DNA of 64,000 nucleotides from Dicyema japonicum (Eukaryota; Animalia; Dicyemida): assembly GCA_011109175.1 (NCBI GenBank), contig RDEW01000006.1, positions 483,668 to 547,667 on the forward strand, given 5' to 3'. Position 1 is the stretch's first letter. The number at the start of each line of letters is the position of its first letter. The notes beneath the pieces are model-generated. The model searched no databases. It saw nothing but the letters and a program-made list of their open reading frames with translations, and was not told the origin of the DNA. Shown one piece after another: positions 1 through 13,400 of this stretch. The position numbers and the translations under genes were made by a program.

Positions 1-39
1 ATGGTCGTCTACACGACTCTCTCAATACGGTTATTTATG

Positions 40-735
40 CTAAATTTATTATTATTAATAGCACTTTCGAAGAACCAAAAATGTAATTTATTTAATTTAA
101 GGTTCCGCTTGTGCCGTATTTTTCTTCAGGTTATTCTTTCTCCCACAATTCTCTTAACTAACTTCCTCCATGCTCCACGGTTACTGGCAATTATTCTGAG
201 CGTATCCAGATCGTTTCCTGTTTTCAGCTTTCGTCCTACATTGGTTAGGTCTTTGTGTAGAACCTCTGGCAAAGTTATGCGAGGTTTTCCACGGAACGAG
301 GTATTCACTTCTGGGCAGAAATAGTTATCCATTGCTATTTTAGCAGGCGTCATCTGGCTCATCCGAAGGATGTGACTAAATAGACGCCATCTTGATTCTA
401 GGATATCCAGACTCAATGGTCTTGCATTACATATTTTGTATAGATTCTTGTTTGTAATTTTTTTGGCCAGTTGATGCCAAGCAACAGTCGGAGTTGTTTA
501 CGATGGAAGGCATCTAGTTTGTCCATTACCGCTTGTGATACTCCCCAGGTTGCAGCGTTGTACATTAGGACCGGTTTCACGAAGGCATTGTATAGTCTTA
601 CACGTAATTGTGTGCTAATTTGTTTACGATGATTCCAGACTACTCCCATTTTTCTAAAGGCCGCAACGGCCAACATCTTCCTGTTAGTGATATCCTCAGC
701 GTCTCCGAGCAACGACCCCAATTTTTTACAGTATC
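40..735 (-). mobile_element. RTE-clade non-LTR retrotransposon, 5'-truncated 3' fragment (post-RT C-terminus plus (TAA)n tail)
   Basis: ORFs 413..721 and 126..416 (GSLLGDAEDI..., RLYNAFVKPVLMYNAATW, LDAFHRKQLR, RWRLFSHILR, RGKPRITLPEVLHKDL) align by eye with the C-terminus of the long RTE at 59574..62600. A TAA-repeat tail lies at ~44-60. Confidence 0.85.
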
Positions 736-869
736 TCCATTTTTCATCAGTTCGGGTTAATTCACGGCGTATGGTAGTGTTCTGCTAAATTTAATGAACT
801 TGAAATTACAATTTGCTGATATTAATTTAATCAAGGTATTATTTTTTAAATTAATTTAGGCAAAGTCAC

Positions 870-1528
870 TTACTTCTGCTTTTATTTAGAAACCACCGTT
901 ATTTTGTAAGAATATCATCAGGAAAGAATTAATTCAATTTACACGTCTCAGCGGTCTTAAAGACTTCCGTTCTGAAGATGATTTCGAAATTTGAACATTT
1001 GATCACTCTTGAACAACATATGAAGGACGTTTCAAAGATTTTGTGAACTCAAAGTTTCAGATTGGGTAATAGACCCCTTACAGAATGTAGATGACGTTGA
1101 ATCTTGTCAAGAGGAACTAATCATGTTAAAACGATTTTGAAATTAAACCCACTTTTAAACATCGGTCCTATCAATATTTTTGGTTACAAAAAGATATTCC
1201 TAAAAATATCCTGTTATGGAAAAAATCAAAATTGTTTTTTATTGCTTTCCCCACTTCTTATTTGGTTGAGAGAGGCTTCAGTATTTTCACAATTACCAAA
1301 AGGAGAAACCGCTTGGACATTGTTGAAAGAGGAGATCTACGAATTAGGATTACAAACATGAACCCAAATATTGAGAAACTTGTGTCTAACTTTTTGCAAC
1401 ATCATTGTTCACATTAATTATTAAATTTTTTATTTCCAACTCGTTACCATATAGGTTTTCCCGGTGGGCGATATTTTTTAAAAGTTTGTTAAAGGGGGCG
1501 ATGACCTGAATAATTTTGGGAACCCCTG
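870..1528 (+). mobile_element. hAT (Buster/Charlie-type) DNA transposon, degenerate 3' portion with terminal inverted repeat
   Basis: ORF 1232..1417 (AFPTSYLVERGFS...KRRNRLDIVERGDLRIRITNMNPNIEKL) is the hAT dimerisation C-terminus. The sequence ends ...TTGGGAACCCCTG at 1528 (reverse of the CAGGGGTTCCCAA-type TIR), followed by GTCTACAG, which fits the nnnTAnnn Buster target. Confidence 0.85.
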
Positions 1529-2158
1529 GTCTACAGCATGCCAGACAGTTGCTGACTCATAGAGTGAAGTCTGTCGTTGAGAATACAAAAGTCCTGATTA
1601 GGGTTCACATGGCAATCAAAAAAAGTTACTGTACAGCACAATAAGCCAGGACAAGTCACCGCGGACATTACTCACCATTAATGTTCCCAAATAGAGGAGG
1701 TAGAGAAAAAGCAAAAGTACTCCCCGCATAAAGTATTGGGAATAACGCAGCGTGGAACTTCTTATGTGGTAAAATGTATTGTATCATTACTATATTCTAC
1801 AGGGAGAACTTGAGACAGTTGGGGGTGAATACAAATGTCCAATCTGCGCAAACAACTGTGCTTGGGAAAACCCTTGAGCATATCCCTTGACGCACATGAG
1901 TCCTCTCGTGCAGCCTACTGTGAAGAGGACAATTGCAAAAATTTGAATCTTCGGTAAAGGAGCAAGCAAAGACACGTGAGAGGGATTAGTTAATAGCATG
2001 GATAATTTCTGTTTTAATATTAAGGGTTTTAGCGAAACTATGCCGATTTTGAATATTGCCCTAAATTTTCTAAATTTATGTTATTTTATTAATATTTATT
2101 AAACTATAATAAATTAATAAATATTCATAAATAGTATAAATTTAATATTTATTTATGA

Positions 2159-3393
2159 ATGGCGTTCATTTTTAGAAAATTTAATCTCATATTTTCCATA
2201 GCAATATTGTTGTTCGTCGCTAATTTTCTGATCAAATCTAAACCGAAAAACCCCCTAATCTGCCAGAAACTAATTGAAGGGGATAGAGGAGAAATCCTCA
2301 AAAGGAGATCTGAAATAAATCATTCCTATTCCGGCGATTTTACCGTAGAAAACTGTTTGGAATTCGTCAACTCCCGCGGATATTTTGACTACCCAATTTC
2401 GCAAACCGAGCGGGAGAACAGACTGGCCTTTATAATTGTGGCCTACAAGGATTTTAAGCAAGTAGAACAACTTATTCACTCAATTTACCGAAAAACGAAC
2501 ATTTACTGCATCCACGTTGATAAAAAGGCGAGTCCCTCATTTCGACAGGGAATTGAGGTCCTCGCCAGCTGTCTCGACAACCTCTTTGTTTTGAAAAAAT
2601 CCTATGATGTATACTGGGGGGAAATAACAGTACTTCTGCCTGAAATCGACTGCATGCGGTCATTGATTGTGGACTATGACGTTGACTGGAAGTACGTGAT
2701 AAACCTGACTGGACAAGAATTCCCGCTCAAAACCAACCTGGAGTTGTCAATTATCGCCAGAGCCCTCAATGGAGCGAATTGGGTTGAGCATCTTTCGGTT
2801 TTATCACATTTTCGGTTATTTTACGGTTTTAATCGGGACAGGTACTTCAGAAAGATTGTTTTGTCCGATCACGTGCCATTTGGACTGACTCTTTACAAGG
2901 GACCAGTCCATGCTATGTTGTCACGTGGTTTTGCTGAGTTTGTGTTGTACAACTGGACTGCCAAGGTCTTCCTTGACTGGGTCTCTGAAACTAAGATCCC
3001 TGATGAGACATATTATGCGACTCTCAACTTTAACGCAGACATTCTTGATGTCCCGGGAGCATTCTCTGGTTGTTGGCTTTATGATTGGAAGGGGTTAAGA
3101 AAATGGAGAAGTCACGGTTGCATATTGACAATGTGATCTTAAAGTCGGGTGTCAGATACAAGCAATGGAAGCCCAATAAGTGCTACGGTTTTTATGCGAG
3201 GGATATTTGTATATTTGGAGCAGGGGACATTCCTCTGATGACTAAGAGTCCTTCACTTTTTGCAAACAAGTTCCACTCCTACTATGAACCCGAGGCTCTG
3301 AAATGTCTCGAGTCGTGGATTCACCACAAAGCTTATTCTGAGATTGTTGATTTTGACTATCATTTTTTCCGTAGCCTTGACTTTGTTCATTGA
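2159..3393 (+). CDS. Core-2/I-branching beta-1,6-N-acetylglucosaminyltransferase (GT14, GCNT family), 2 exons
   Basis: N-terminal TM segment; motifs LAFIIVAYK, NIYCIHVDKK, WKYVINLTGQEFPLKTN, IPDETYYATLN, RDICIFG, LFANKF. One 23-nt GT-AG intron (3069..3091) joins ORFs 2159..3136 and 3085..3393 in frame. Confidence 0.9.
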
Positions 3394-3914
3394 TTCCGTG
3401 AATATTTATTCTATCCCCCAGGGTCACTGGTTTAAAAGGGAAATAATCATTAGATAGCTAATTGCCCCTACCTACACGGGGGAGACCAAAAGGCCAAGGA
3501 ACTTTAACTGCGCTTATCATAAAACATAGTAAACTCATAATTTGAAGAGTTTTCAAGGTATCTGAAGGATTTTATGGAGAGGGTTGTCGTGGAGGTAACC
3601 GTCTTATGAATTTTTGTTATCGATGAATAGAAGTGCTTTAGGATCGACGACTCTGTTGGTGACTTCCAGGATTGTAGGTAACTTATGCAAGGAAGAACAG
3701 GAAATGACCATGAATAATACACATCATTAATTGATTCCGTATTATTTACCTTTGAAACAAATAATCGATTTACTGCTGTTACTTAGTGTTTGTTAGATTA
3801 AGTGGCAATTATCTTGCCAATGTAAATAACACATGAAAGTGTACAATAATGTGGATAAGTAGTAATTGATTTACTGTTGCAGTTATTATAGTTAGCCCAT
3901 TGCAACCTCTACAG

Positions 3915-4090
3915 AGTGCCTCCAGAAAATGTACTTCCATTCGCCGTTGATACGTCTGGTTCCCTTGCCCCTGCACAGCTGAACTTCTTGAGTCGTCTAG
4001 GGAATCGGATTTCTACATGACCAGGAGACCCCCGTAAGCGCTGCCGGTTAATTGAACAAATCTCGCTCGCCATCCTGAGAGGGAACTAAT
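3915..4090 (+). mobile_element. CRE-clade non-LTR element, short 3' fragment (restriction-like endonuclease C-terminus)
   Basis: Manual translation: PFAVDTSGSLAPAQLNFLSRLGNRIST*PGDPRKRCRLIEQISLAILRGN, similar to the copy at 42133..42590. Confidence 0.6.
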
Positions 4091-4479
4091 TAAGATTGAT
4101 AGCTCCAGTCTCGGTTACATGTAGGCAGCTGGGGACCACTAAGAAACGGCTGCTAAAACAGGTCATTCCCAGAGATTCTCCACTTTCATCAGGAGATCTC
4201 GAACTTCTCTCCCAGCCAGAGATAGAGTGTGTCCAGTGAACAATTTAAAAATCTCTATTAGGTTCATTTCGAATATCCTCTGCCTTGGAATGGGCATTGT
4301 CTGTGAAAGTATCTACAGTCATACTAATGCTCTTAGGTAAGATGTGACTTTTTTATATCAGAAAAATCAATATCCTTAGAGTGGGATTCAACAACAAGTC
4401 TCGACTAGTACTGTCGATAGATGCAACTACAAACACCAAAACTCAGAAGTTAAGCTTAAATTAATAGTTTATTAAAGAA

Positions 4480-7400
4480 TTAGTAATTTAAGGCGCAAAT
4501 CATGGCTACTCCTCGCTTTATCCAGTAATTCGGGTTTTCCTTAGTGGTCAAGTCTATTGAAAAGACAAAATTGGTGGAATGACCAGTTGTCGACAACGTT
4601 CCTACACAATTTCGACATCGACATCACCTGCTCTAGTAAGAGTCTTGTAAACTGGACAGACGTATAATGAATTATCCTGTTTTTTGTTTTCAGTTGGAAT
4701 TAGCCATATTAAGGGCATATTGGAATACAATTCCTTTGGCTTCGATTCCGAGAGATATTGAGTCTCCTTGTCCCACCTAGCTCCTTCTATAAACAGTCCA
4801 TTAATGTAACAGCCGCTCTCAGGAGCTCCGATTTCTTTCGCCTCTTCCTTAATGATCTACAAATAGTGCCTTAAACTACTTTGAAGGAAAATGAGATTTT
4901 GTCGATTGAAATGACATTCTTTCGGGCAAAGTTTTGTAATGTCCCCGTTAGGAAAGCCTGGGGGAAGAAAAATCCTGAAATCCAAAAAACCTTAGGGTTG
5001 TGAATACAAACATACTCTAGGAATTCCGAACGTAATCCAATCGTAAATAAATTTAGTCCTATCTACCAAATCAGTCATCCAAGAGGCCAAAGGTTTAAGA
5101 GACGGATATCCCTGTAATGTAAAAGACCGAATACATATTTTTCCCACATTTTTGGTACTTTATTATTATACAAGCTCTCTGCCATATCTTCCAACTCCTG
5201 GGACATCACCACCAGCCCTTTGATAGCTTTCAAAAGATCTTCCAAACTTTGTCTGATCATCGAAAGAAGACGATTGTAACTAAATAATATGAGACAACTT
5301 ATAACCGAATAGCTTCCTGCATGAGGACAGTATTCATAGACTCTTCATACAAGACGGGATATTTCTCGGATATTTCAGCAATGTTGAAGACGTTCGGCAA
5401 TATTTTCAAAATATCTTTTGTGGTTTTGTCAACAATCTAACAAATTAGCACGGAATCACGTTTTCGGAAGAATCCCCATCTCCCGATGAACTTCGAGGCT
5501 GAAGAGTGACAAGGCAATTTAGGATTCTAGTCGTTTCATTCTGGGCAAAGGTAATATCCGCATTTTCATGCAACCCGAATATTTCAGGGGTATCATTCAA
5601 TGGGAGATCTTTTATGTAGTCCATGTACCCCTAACATCACACCTTATAAAACTCTATGGTCAGTCGAAGGATGAGGTTGGAAGAAGATTTTAGATGGGGA
5701 GAAAGGATAATACTCCCGTAAAACGTCCGGCGAATAAAAATCAGAGAGTAAATTTGCCACCGTCCTTCTGTCCCAATCGTCAGTAACTCGTCCACCGTAA
5801 TTAATCTCCCCCGCTGTGTATTTGAGGACCTGAATATGCACGAATACAAACTTTAAAGGGAATTTCCCTGTTTTCCATTAAAAACATTTTCAGCTGACTG
5901 ATGCAAATCCTTAGGTCCCCGTCTGTAAATTCGTAGGGAATGTTAAATCCGAGTGGGCCAAACTTCCTCCTCTCCAGGGTTATTCCGTGAAATAAACAGA
6001 GTGAGAAGAGAAGACTCTTAAATGTCGGAGTCTATGTTACATCATAAAGGTGACCTTTTCTTCACATGAACATAAAAACTCGTCTGTTTGTGCCTGGTAT
6101 GATCGCAATAGATTCGCTTTAATACCACGTGGTGGTTCGACTGTCATTTTACTGCTGTTCTGGAGGATAAACGTGGGGAAACGGTCACTGGGTAAACTGG
6201 TGAGCCAAAGTCTAAAGTCCTTATGGACCTTAATAGTAGCCAAATCTTCTTTACCTTTTCGGGGTCTAATTTTTCTATCAATCTTTCGAGTTGAGGCATC
6301 CAACTTGGGGCCAAATGACAATTCTGGAAGAAAATCCACTTTCCACGCTCAACTGCTTCCCTCATCATGGCTTCCGCACGAGGACCCTTTCACGTGTCAT
6401 TAACGAATAGTACTTGTCCCTGTCCTAACGAAATTGATAACAATTTTTTAGAAAAACGCATTTCTTCGGCGAATTTGTATAAATCCGCGGCAGGATCAGT
6501 CCCTGCTGAAATAATAAACACAAAAGGGGTGAAGGGGAGGATTCCTTGAAGACAACTCCCAAGTTGGTAGTCTAACTTGATCACAATAATTACTTGAGGC
6601 TCAATAAATTTAACCCCCAGATTTTTGACGACATACTGTTGCATGCATGGAGTTATTTTGTCAGCTCTCAAACATTTCAATAATATTATTTTTTGGAAGT
6701 CATTTAGGTTCTCCCCCCGTGGAAGAGGTTCGCTAATAAAATACCAAAATATTTTAACTTTTCCGGCTCACTGCTATCAAATATCCGCTTGTATTCCCCA
6801 GGGTTCTTAGTAAAATGGTTGAATATCCACTTTAACGAGTCCAGCGTCTGTAACCCCACAATTTCCTTCCAATTTCTATCAGACAGCCAATCCTTGGCCG
6901 GATTCTCCACGTGAGCCTTTTCCATGGAACCCAATAAGAGATATCTCCATTCATTCTAAAAGTAACATAAAGACACACGGGATTTATTTGGCCAAAGTTT
7001 TGCTTAATCCTCGCAGAAAGAAGAAAGGCAAATAACAGTTTGTGGCGCTCAAACAGCGACCGACAAACATTCGTGTATAGATTGTAAGTAAAATGATCAT
7101 TGATGTTCTTTATTCGCTGGTTCAAGTCATCTAAAGGTCACTTTCCTTGTAAACCAGAATTTTTGGCATTATTTATGCTGCTGAGGAATATGTTGACGAA
7201 CCATTCAAGGGAATATTGGTACATTGGATCTATTTTAGCCAAATCGGCGACACAAAAGAACAATATTTGAGTATTAATCGCCACTGGCATGTATTTCCCA
7301 CGTGTTTCGTCAATGTACTTTTCTGTGAGCTCACTCTTTTCCACTTTTGCCTTAAAGTAATGCAATAAGGTAACTCTGATCTCTTCTGACTTGACTTTGG

Positions 7401-10400
7401 AGGCTGCTAGCATTTTGATCAAGTCAATGTCGTCTACAGGGTTGCCTTCTGAGACACTCAGTCTGACGAGGATCTTATCTTCTAGCTCTTTTAGTTCTCC
7501 TCTCATCTTGGCATTATTCACAATCAGTTGATTCTTAGCATCCTCCAAGTCAGACCTTTCTTCAGCGACTACTATTCCAAGCAATTGATCCTCAAGTCCC
7601 CTATAACACATTAACAGACGAAACTACCGAGGACTGAGAGTAAAATTGATCAGGACGACCTTAACACTAACCTCGGGTGTATAATGGGGGTTCGATAATT
7701 TGGTAGTAATGTAGAATCTAAAGTCAGAATGATAGGGGATAATAGTGTCCCCAATTTTGATTACCAAACTTCCGGATTGTTTAAAAGTCTAACATTTTAA
7801 ATGAAAGTCACCTGTCTTAGCAATAAAGAATCCAAAACAGGATCGAGTTCTTCCCCCACATTCTCCAATAAGCATGGTTTCCCAAATCTGATTGAATTCT
7901 CCAAAGTTCGCAAAAAGTCCTTTTCTGAAAGTTTGATAACCTCGATATTATTATCCTTTTCCTTTTTTACTTAAATATAAGTTTACTACCAAATTTTTAA
8001 TCCACTTATTCGCTTGTCCTTGAGGATCTATGAACAGAGGCCAACGTTTAGAGTTTTTCGAAATAATCGCATTCTCCACCGAAAAATTGTCTTTCGGGAG
8101 TCCAGAAATTTGCCAGTTTCTAATATTGACTGGGTCTCCCATGGAAGACACAATCTCCGGATGAGTAGTAGTGGGTACTTCATGATCGTTTAGAATGGTT
8201 AAACATTTGTCAAACAATAAACTCCGATATTCATGCTATTCGCTATAATTAGGTCCCCACTACCGTAAATGGTCCAAGATACGCAATTGAGGTGGCTGCT
8301 ATCAAAATATCCCCGACAAAATTTTGTAATTTATATTCCAGCGTCTCAACGGTTTCTTGCCACCGTGTTTTCTCACTTCCAAGTCCTCCAATTAGCTATA
8401 ATGTGATAGCGAAATTACCTTTCCTGCTCTTTCAAGCCTTCCCTCGCAAAGTTCACATTTATCTTCCAATTCCTTCTTTTTATTCGAACATTCGTCATAT
8501 CTATCTTCTAACTGAGTTATTCCCTCTTCAATCTCATCCAATTTCCTCTGTGACTTTTCCAACCCTTCCTGGGTCTCCGCAAGTTCTTTTTGAGCGACTC
8601 TCAGTTTTTCTCTTTTTGGCTCGACAACTTTCGCGGCAAAGTGATACTTATACATGGCCCTTACCCACTGGCAAATGGAGGTACAGGCTTTGGAGACCTT
8701 TAATTCATTTTGAATCAAAATACTTTAGAGATTGCTTCGGGGGTGAAATTATCTTGATCAATATATGGACGAATCTTTCTGATTATGTCTTCCGGGATAT
8801 TTTCCTTGTCGTAGTTGAATAGACTGTCCAAAAACTTTTGTGGTTCCTGAAGCAAAGTCTTCCCAGGCTCCCAATAATCGTCCACTTTAACTCCAGGAAC
8901 TTCAGTCGGAACTTTTTTGGGTTTTACTCCTTTCATAATGCAGACAGTTTCCATAACAAGTTTGACTCCATCTGGGGGACGGGACATTGCTTTGACCTCA
9001 AAAACGTCATTTTTATTTAACGACTTCAGACTCGACAAGGCTGCACTCTATTTTATTATTTATTATTTAAACGAGGATCGGAAGAGCTTCACTCAAGTCT
9101 CTTTGAGCATCATCAGCAATATTTTGACATTCCTCTGCTTTAGCGCATGCCTCGACTTCCTCCTTCTTTACAGTTGCCCTCGTCTCTTCAGCAATTTTCT
9201 AAAATTGTAATTTTTTGATTTTAACCGTGTCCTTCTCTATTTGCTTTAATGTCTCGTTCGATTCGACGATGGCAACTTCCAGCTGAGGTCGAATTTCATT
9301 CAAGTCTTTCTGAAGGACGACAACCTCCTCAGATGTTGTCATTAACTACAATCGCTTAAATTAGATACTTTATCAAGTCCAGTCTTGAGTCTGTTCTTAG
9401 CTGACACAATCTCATGTCTTTTGAATCCCAAAAGGGAGGAGAATGCGGACAGCAATTCCAAATAACTTGTTGGGGTCACGTAATTATGACGACTCATTTC
9501 AATTAAGAATTTATTGGACAAATCGATCACATTTTGATGGATTAAACAACATGACCGAATCTAAGCATATATGGAGTAATATTACGATTCCTGAAATTAT
9601 GTCCTCGCTGTTGTCTAATTCTGGTAGGTCTCTTAAAAATCTATTAGCCACAGATTCCAGTGCATCTCTGGGCCAACGACTGAACCAATCGATGGTGCAA
9701 CAACTAACTAGAGCGGGAAAGCGCCTCAAACGAGCTCTAAAAGAATCTCCCAGAGGACTAAAATCTCTAATTGAAGTGAACCTCATTGTTATGACTGTGT
9801 GTAAGTTTGTTCGCACCCTCTTTGTGTATATCGAGTACAAATTCGTTTTTGTGGGCTGCATTCCAATTTCTGTACAAATTGGTTGCATTTGCTCATATAT
9901 TTTATCCAACTCCTCATTTCCGTAAATGTTAGGGACATCCCCAGAGTTGAGAATGTTATTTAAACTTTCCAGAAATCCCTCATCTTTGATCTGACAGTAT
10001 TGAAATGCAATAAACCTGAGAGTCACTGAAGAGAAAAACAATTTGTGTTTCTTTAAGACCCGCCTGCATCATAACAGACTTGAGATCCTCCTTCCATTCA
10101 TTCAGTCCATAATTCTTTGTCAACTCTATTTGAAAGCACGTGTAATCGGATCTGTAAATAATCAAAGTTAATCAAACAAATGAGTAGCCAATTTGGTAAG
10201 ACTCTGTCTACCACTTCCCCCAACTCCAAGAAGGAGGGCATTTCCATATGGTTGACGGATAACACGTGATATGCGACACAAGTGTTTGATGGCATCTGTA
10301 AACATGACCAAATCGAGTCTGTTGGTGTTAATCTGGTTGTAATCATTAATGTATTCCTCAATAGCTTTGGTAATCTCAACTAACACAACGATGGACCTTT

Positions 10401-13400
10401 TCCTGGTTTTCTAATTTTCTGTAAGGCTTAACATCCACCCCTTCTGACATGAAATCGGCATAGAGCAGGATGTCGTCATCAACGACTTGTTCGTATTTCA
10501 TCATCAAGTACTTCTCCATCTTTTCAACCGCCATATTATGGAACCATTCTCGATCCGAGTCATCAACTAACCGATCCTGGAAGACTCGGCAGCATTCGTG
10601 GTACCACAAACTTAGAAGTTGCTTTTGTCCCTAAAGAATAAGAGGTTATTCAATACCGCCAACTCTCTCGCATCATGCATAAGAATTCCCTGAAAGACAC
10701 GAGACAGGTCTCTCATATTGAACGTGTAATGGATTTTGTTTGGAGTAGGAAGCAAATGAGAAAGGATATCCTTATATATTTCAATACAGGCGACAACAAT
10801 ATTGTCGACAAAGCTAGATATCGATTTATGTTCATCTAAAATGAAAAACGCCGATATACCAGCCCAGGAGTGAATAATCGTCCCAAATATTTTTTAATGC
10901 TATCATCGCTCATTTCAATAAAAGATATCAAATTAAAATATCTCATCAATCTCTGAGTAATCATGTTTCTTCCTCCCCCCGGAGGTCCCATGGCACAACA
11001 AAAGTTGACATCAATCAGTTTGCAAAACTCACCTGAAATAATAATTTAGGAAACCAATCATTTTCCTATCGTACCACCCTTGGCTTCCGAAACACTGCCG
11101 AATCAATTCAATTGGAGTCTGAGCCCCATACACTTCAGGAGCTGGCATATTCAAGTCGTCAATAAAGAAAATTAGCTTTTTCCCTAAAGGAGGCCCAAAA
11201 ATCCCTCGACGCCTTTAAAATTAGGTAAATTTCATAAACCTTTTCTCTAATTTCCCGTCAATCATGTCTTGAACCTGATTGGCCGTTGTCCTTGCGGAAA
11301 ATATGATAAATTCAGACAAATATTTGTTGGGCAACCCCTTAGTTAATTTTTCCGTGATTGTCACCGTTTTTGATGTTCCTGTGGGACCGACACAAAGAAC
11401 CTAACATTTTATTTAAATTCTACAGGATTCCCATTTTTTAGCAAAAGGTCCAATACATAGGAAGATCTTATATAGTCCATTGTGGGGACAGTTATGTCAC
11501 TGAATTTCACATTTTGCGAAATTGAAAATTGTTTTTGATCATGAAGCCAAGAAATCCAGCAAATTTTCTATTTAAATTTAAAAATTTAATTTTTTGTTAT
11601 ATTTAATTTAAATTTTTGTTATATTTACCTTGTCGGGCACAAGGTCTTCAAAGTAAATCTCATCGTCGACAGAAGAACATATGTCGGCGTCATATATTTT
11701 GTAATCGTAAACTAAGTTTTCGTCAGGGAAAGAAATCTGCAGTTGATTTTCAAAGTTGATTACGTTTTCATTAGAGCACGTGTCCCTCAACCATATATCA
11801 AATTTATCTCTGCTTTTTTGATCCGATGTAGCCCCAGCAGTCCAGATTACCGAAAAGGTTATCCAAAAGGGTAAAATTTCTTCGACCCTTGCAAGTCTTC
11901 TTCCGGGAATATTTCTAATATCCTGGAATATCATCACTTCTAGTGAACCATATCATTCAGAAATTTGTTGAAGAAAGAATCCATGATCTTAAGGAAACTA
12001 AAGACTATATTCCCGTTGGTAGTCTTGACGTATTCAGTCACATTACTCCTCATCCATGATAAAGAAGGCTAAATAATCCACAAAGTCAACTTTGAAGATC
12101 TTTTCTATGAGTTCCCTTATTCTTTCGGCATAAGTACCCATGAACTGTGGCAGTTCGTTCACCCAACAAGAAATGAGGGAGTCAATTTTCAATACATCGG
12201 TGTCAAAGTAGACCATTCCACATCTAGAAACAGTAGGGGGAAGCCACGATGAGATCCTGGACTTCAAACATCATCGTCATATTCTTTCGTAAAGTTTTAA
12301 GTTACCGGAGTTAGTTTGATGATCTCTCCGCTGCTGAGACAGAGTTTTTTGTTATCGTCCAAGACTGTGTTCATGTTTTCTATCCAAAGGGCATCAACTG
12401 GACCGTCAAACATAAACCAATGGAAATCATCTTCCGTCGAATTGACTCCCCTACGTACGAGAGTTGACAATATTCCATCGGTCCTTCAATGTAAATCAGT
12501 CGACTACAACCATTCATGTGTGTAAATATTAAATTCTCCATAAAGCTGTCCATTGTGATAGATTTCGGATTCAAGACATGAGCGAGCGTTTTCTTAAAGG
12601 GAATCCCTGCCTGAGAAATTTGTCCCTTCAGCATTGTTTGGGCCATTGCGAGGATTTGATAGCACTAACTATATCATTTTACTACCTTAGTCTTTCCAGA
12701 ACACGTTTGACCGACAAGCATCAGTCCATGCCTGACAACCGTCGTTTCGTAGAGCTGAATGCATTTGTGAATAAATTCTGCCATTTGTCACATACTTACC
12801 TTCCGTCGGATCCAACGATAATTTGATGCAACATTCGCAGAGAGCCGTCTTCAAAATCCCGTAATTTATTTCCTGTTCTCTAAAAACATTATTTTCAGCT
12901 GTACTCTATTTTTGGGAATAAATCATTTATTATTCCGTTGAACAGCTTTAAATCGTCGCTCAAAAACTTGGGGACGTTCACATCTTTAATGCCCCGCAGA
13001 ACTATGAGTTCCTAGTAAACTTTATAAATTGGTTTCACCTCATCCATGTCGAAGTTTAATCTCTTAATATTCCCGGCAGCTGAAATTACTGTTTTTACAG
13101 CTCTCATTCCAAAATCGTAGTGGTCCTATTATTATAGTATTTGAGATACCTGGGTGCTGAGTTGCTCAGAAGAGAGTTTGAATGTGGTCACAATTTTATT
13201 TGCCAGTGTTTTCGCCTTGACAAATCCAAAAGAGAACAACGATATTTCGGCTATTAACGCATAATCGGGGACCATCATCGAAACTGGCCGGAATAAAGCC
13301 TGTTATGTTAAATTGTATGATCAAGTAATGAGTGCTGGAAACGGCCAAATACCTTTAAATTGTCAGGCAGCTCTGTTCTTCCGGCATATCCCGGATTCAT

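Noticed and set aside
8292-9925. Long plus-strand ORFs (8292..8822, 9443..9925) and similar antisense ORFs (e.g. 1..324, 6050..6403, 27794..28261, 60945..61340)
   Set aside because: They are shadows of real minus-strand coding sequence (dynein, BUD13, RTE) with no protein-like motifs.
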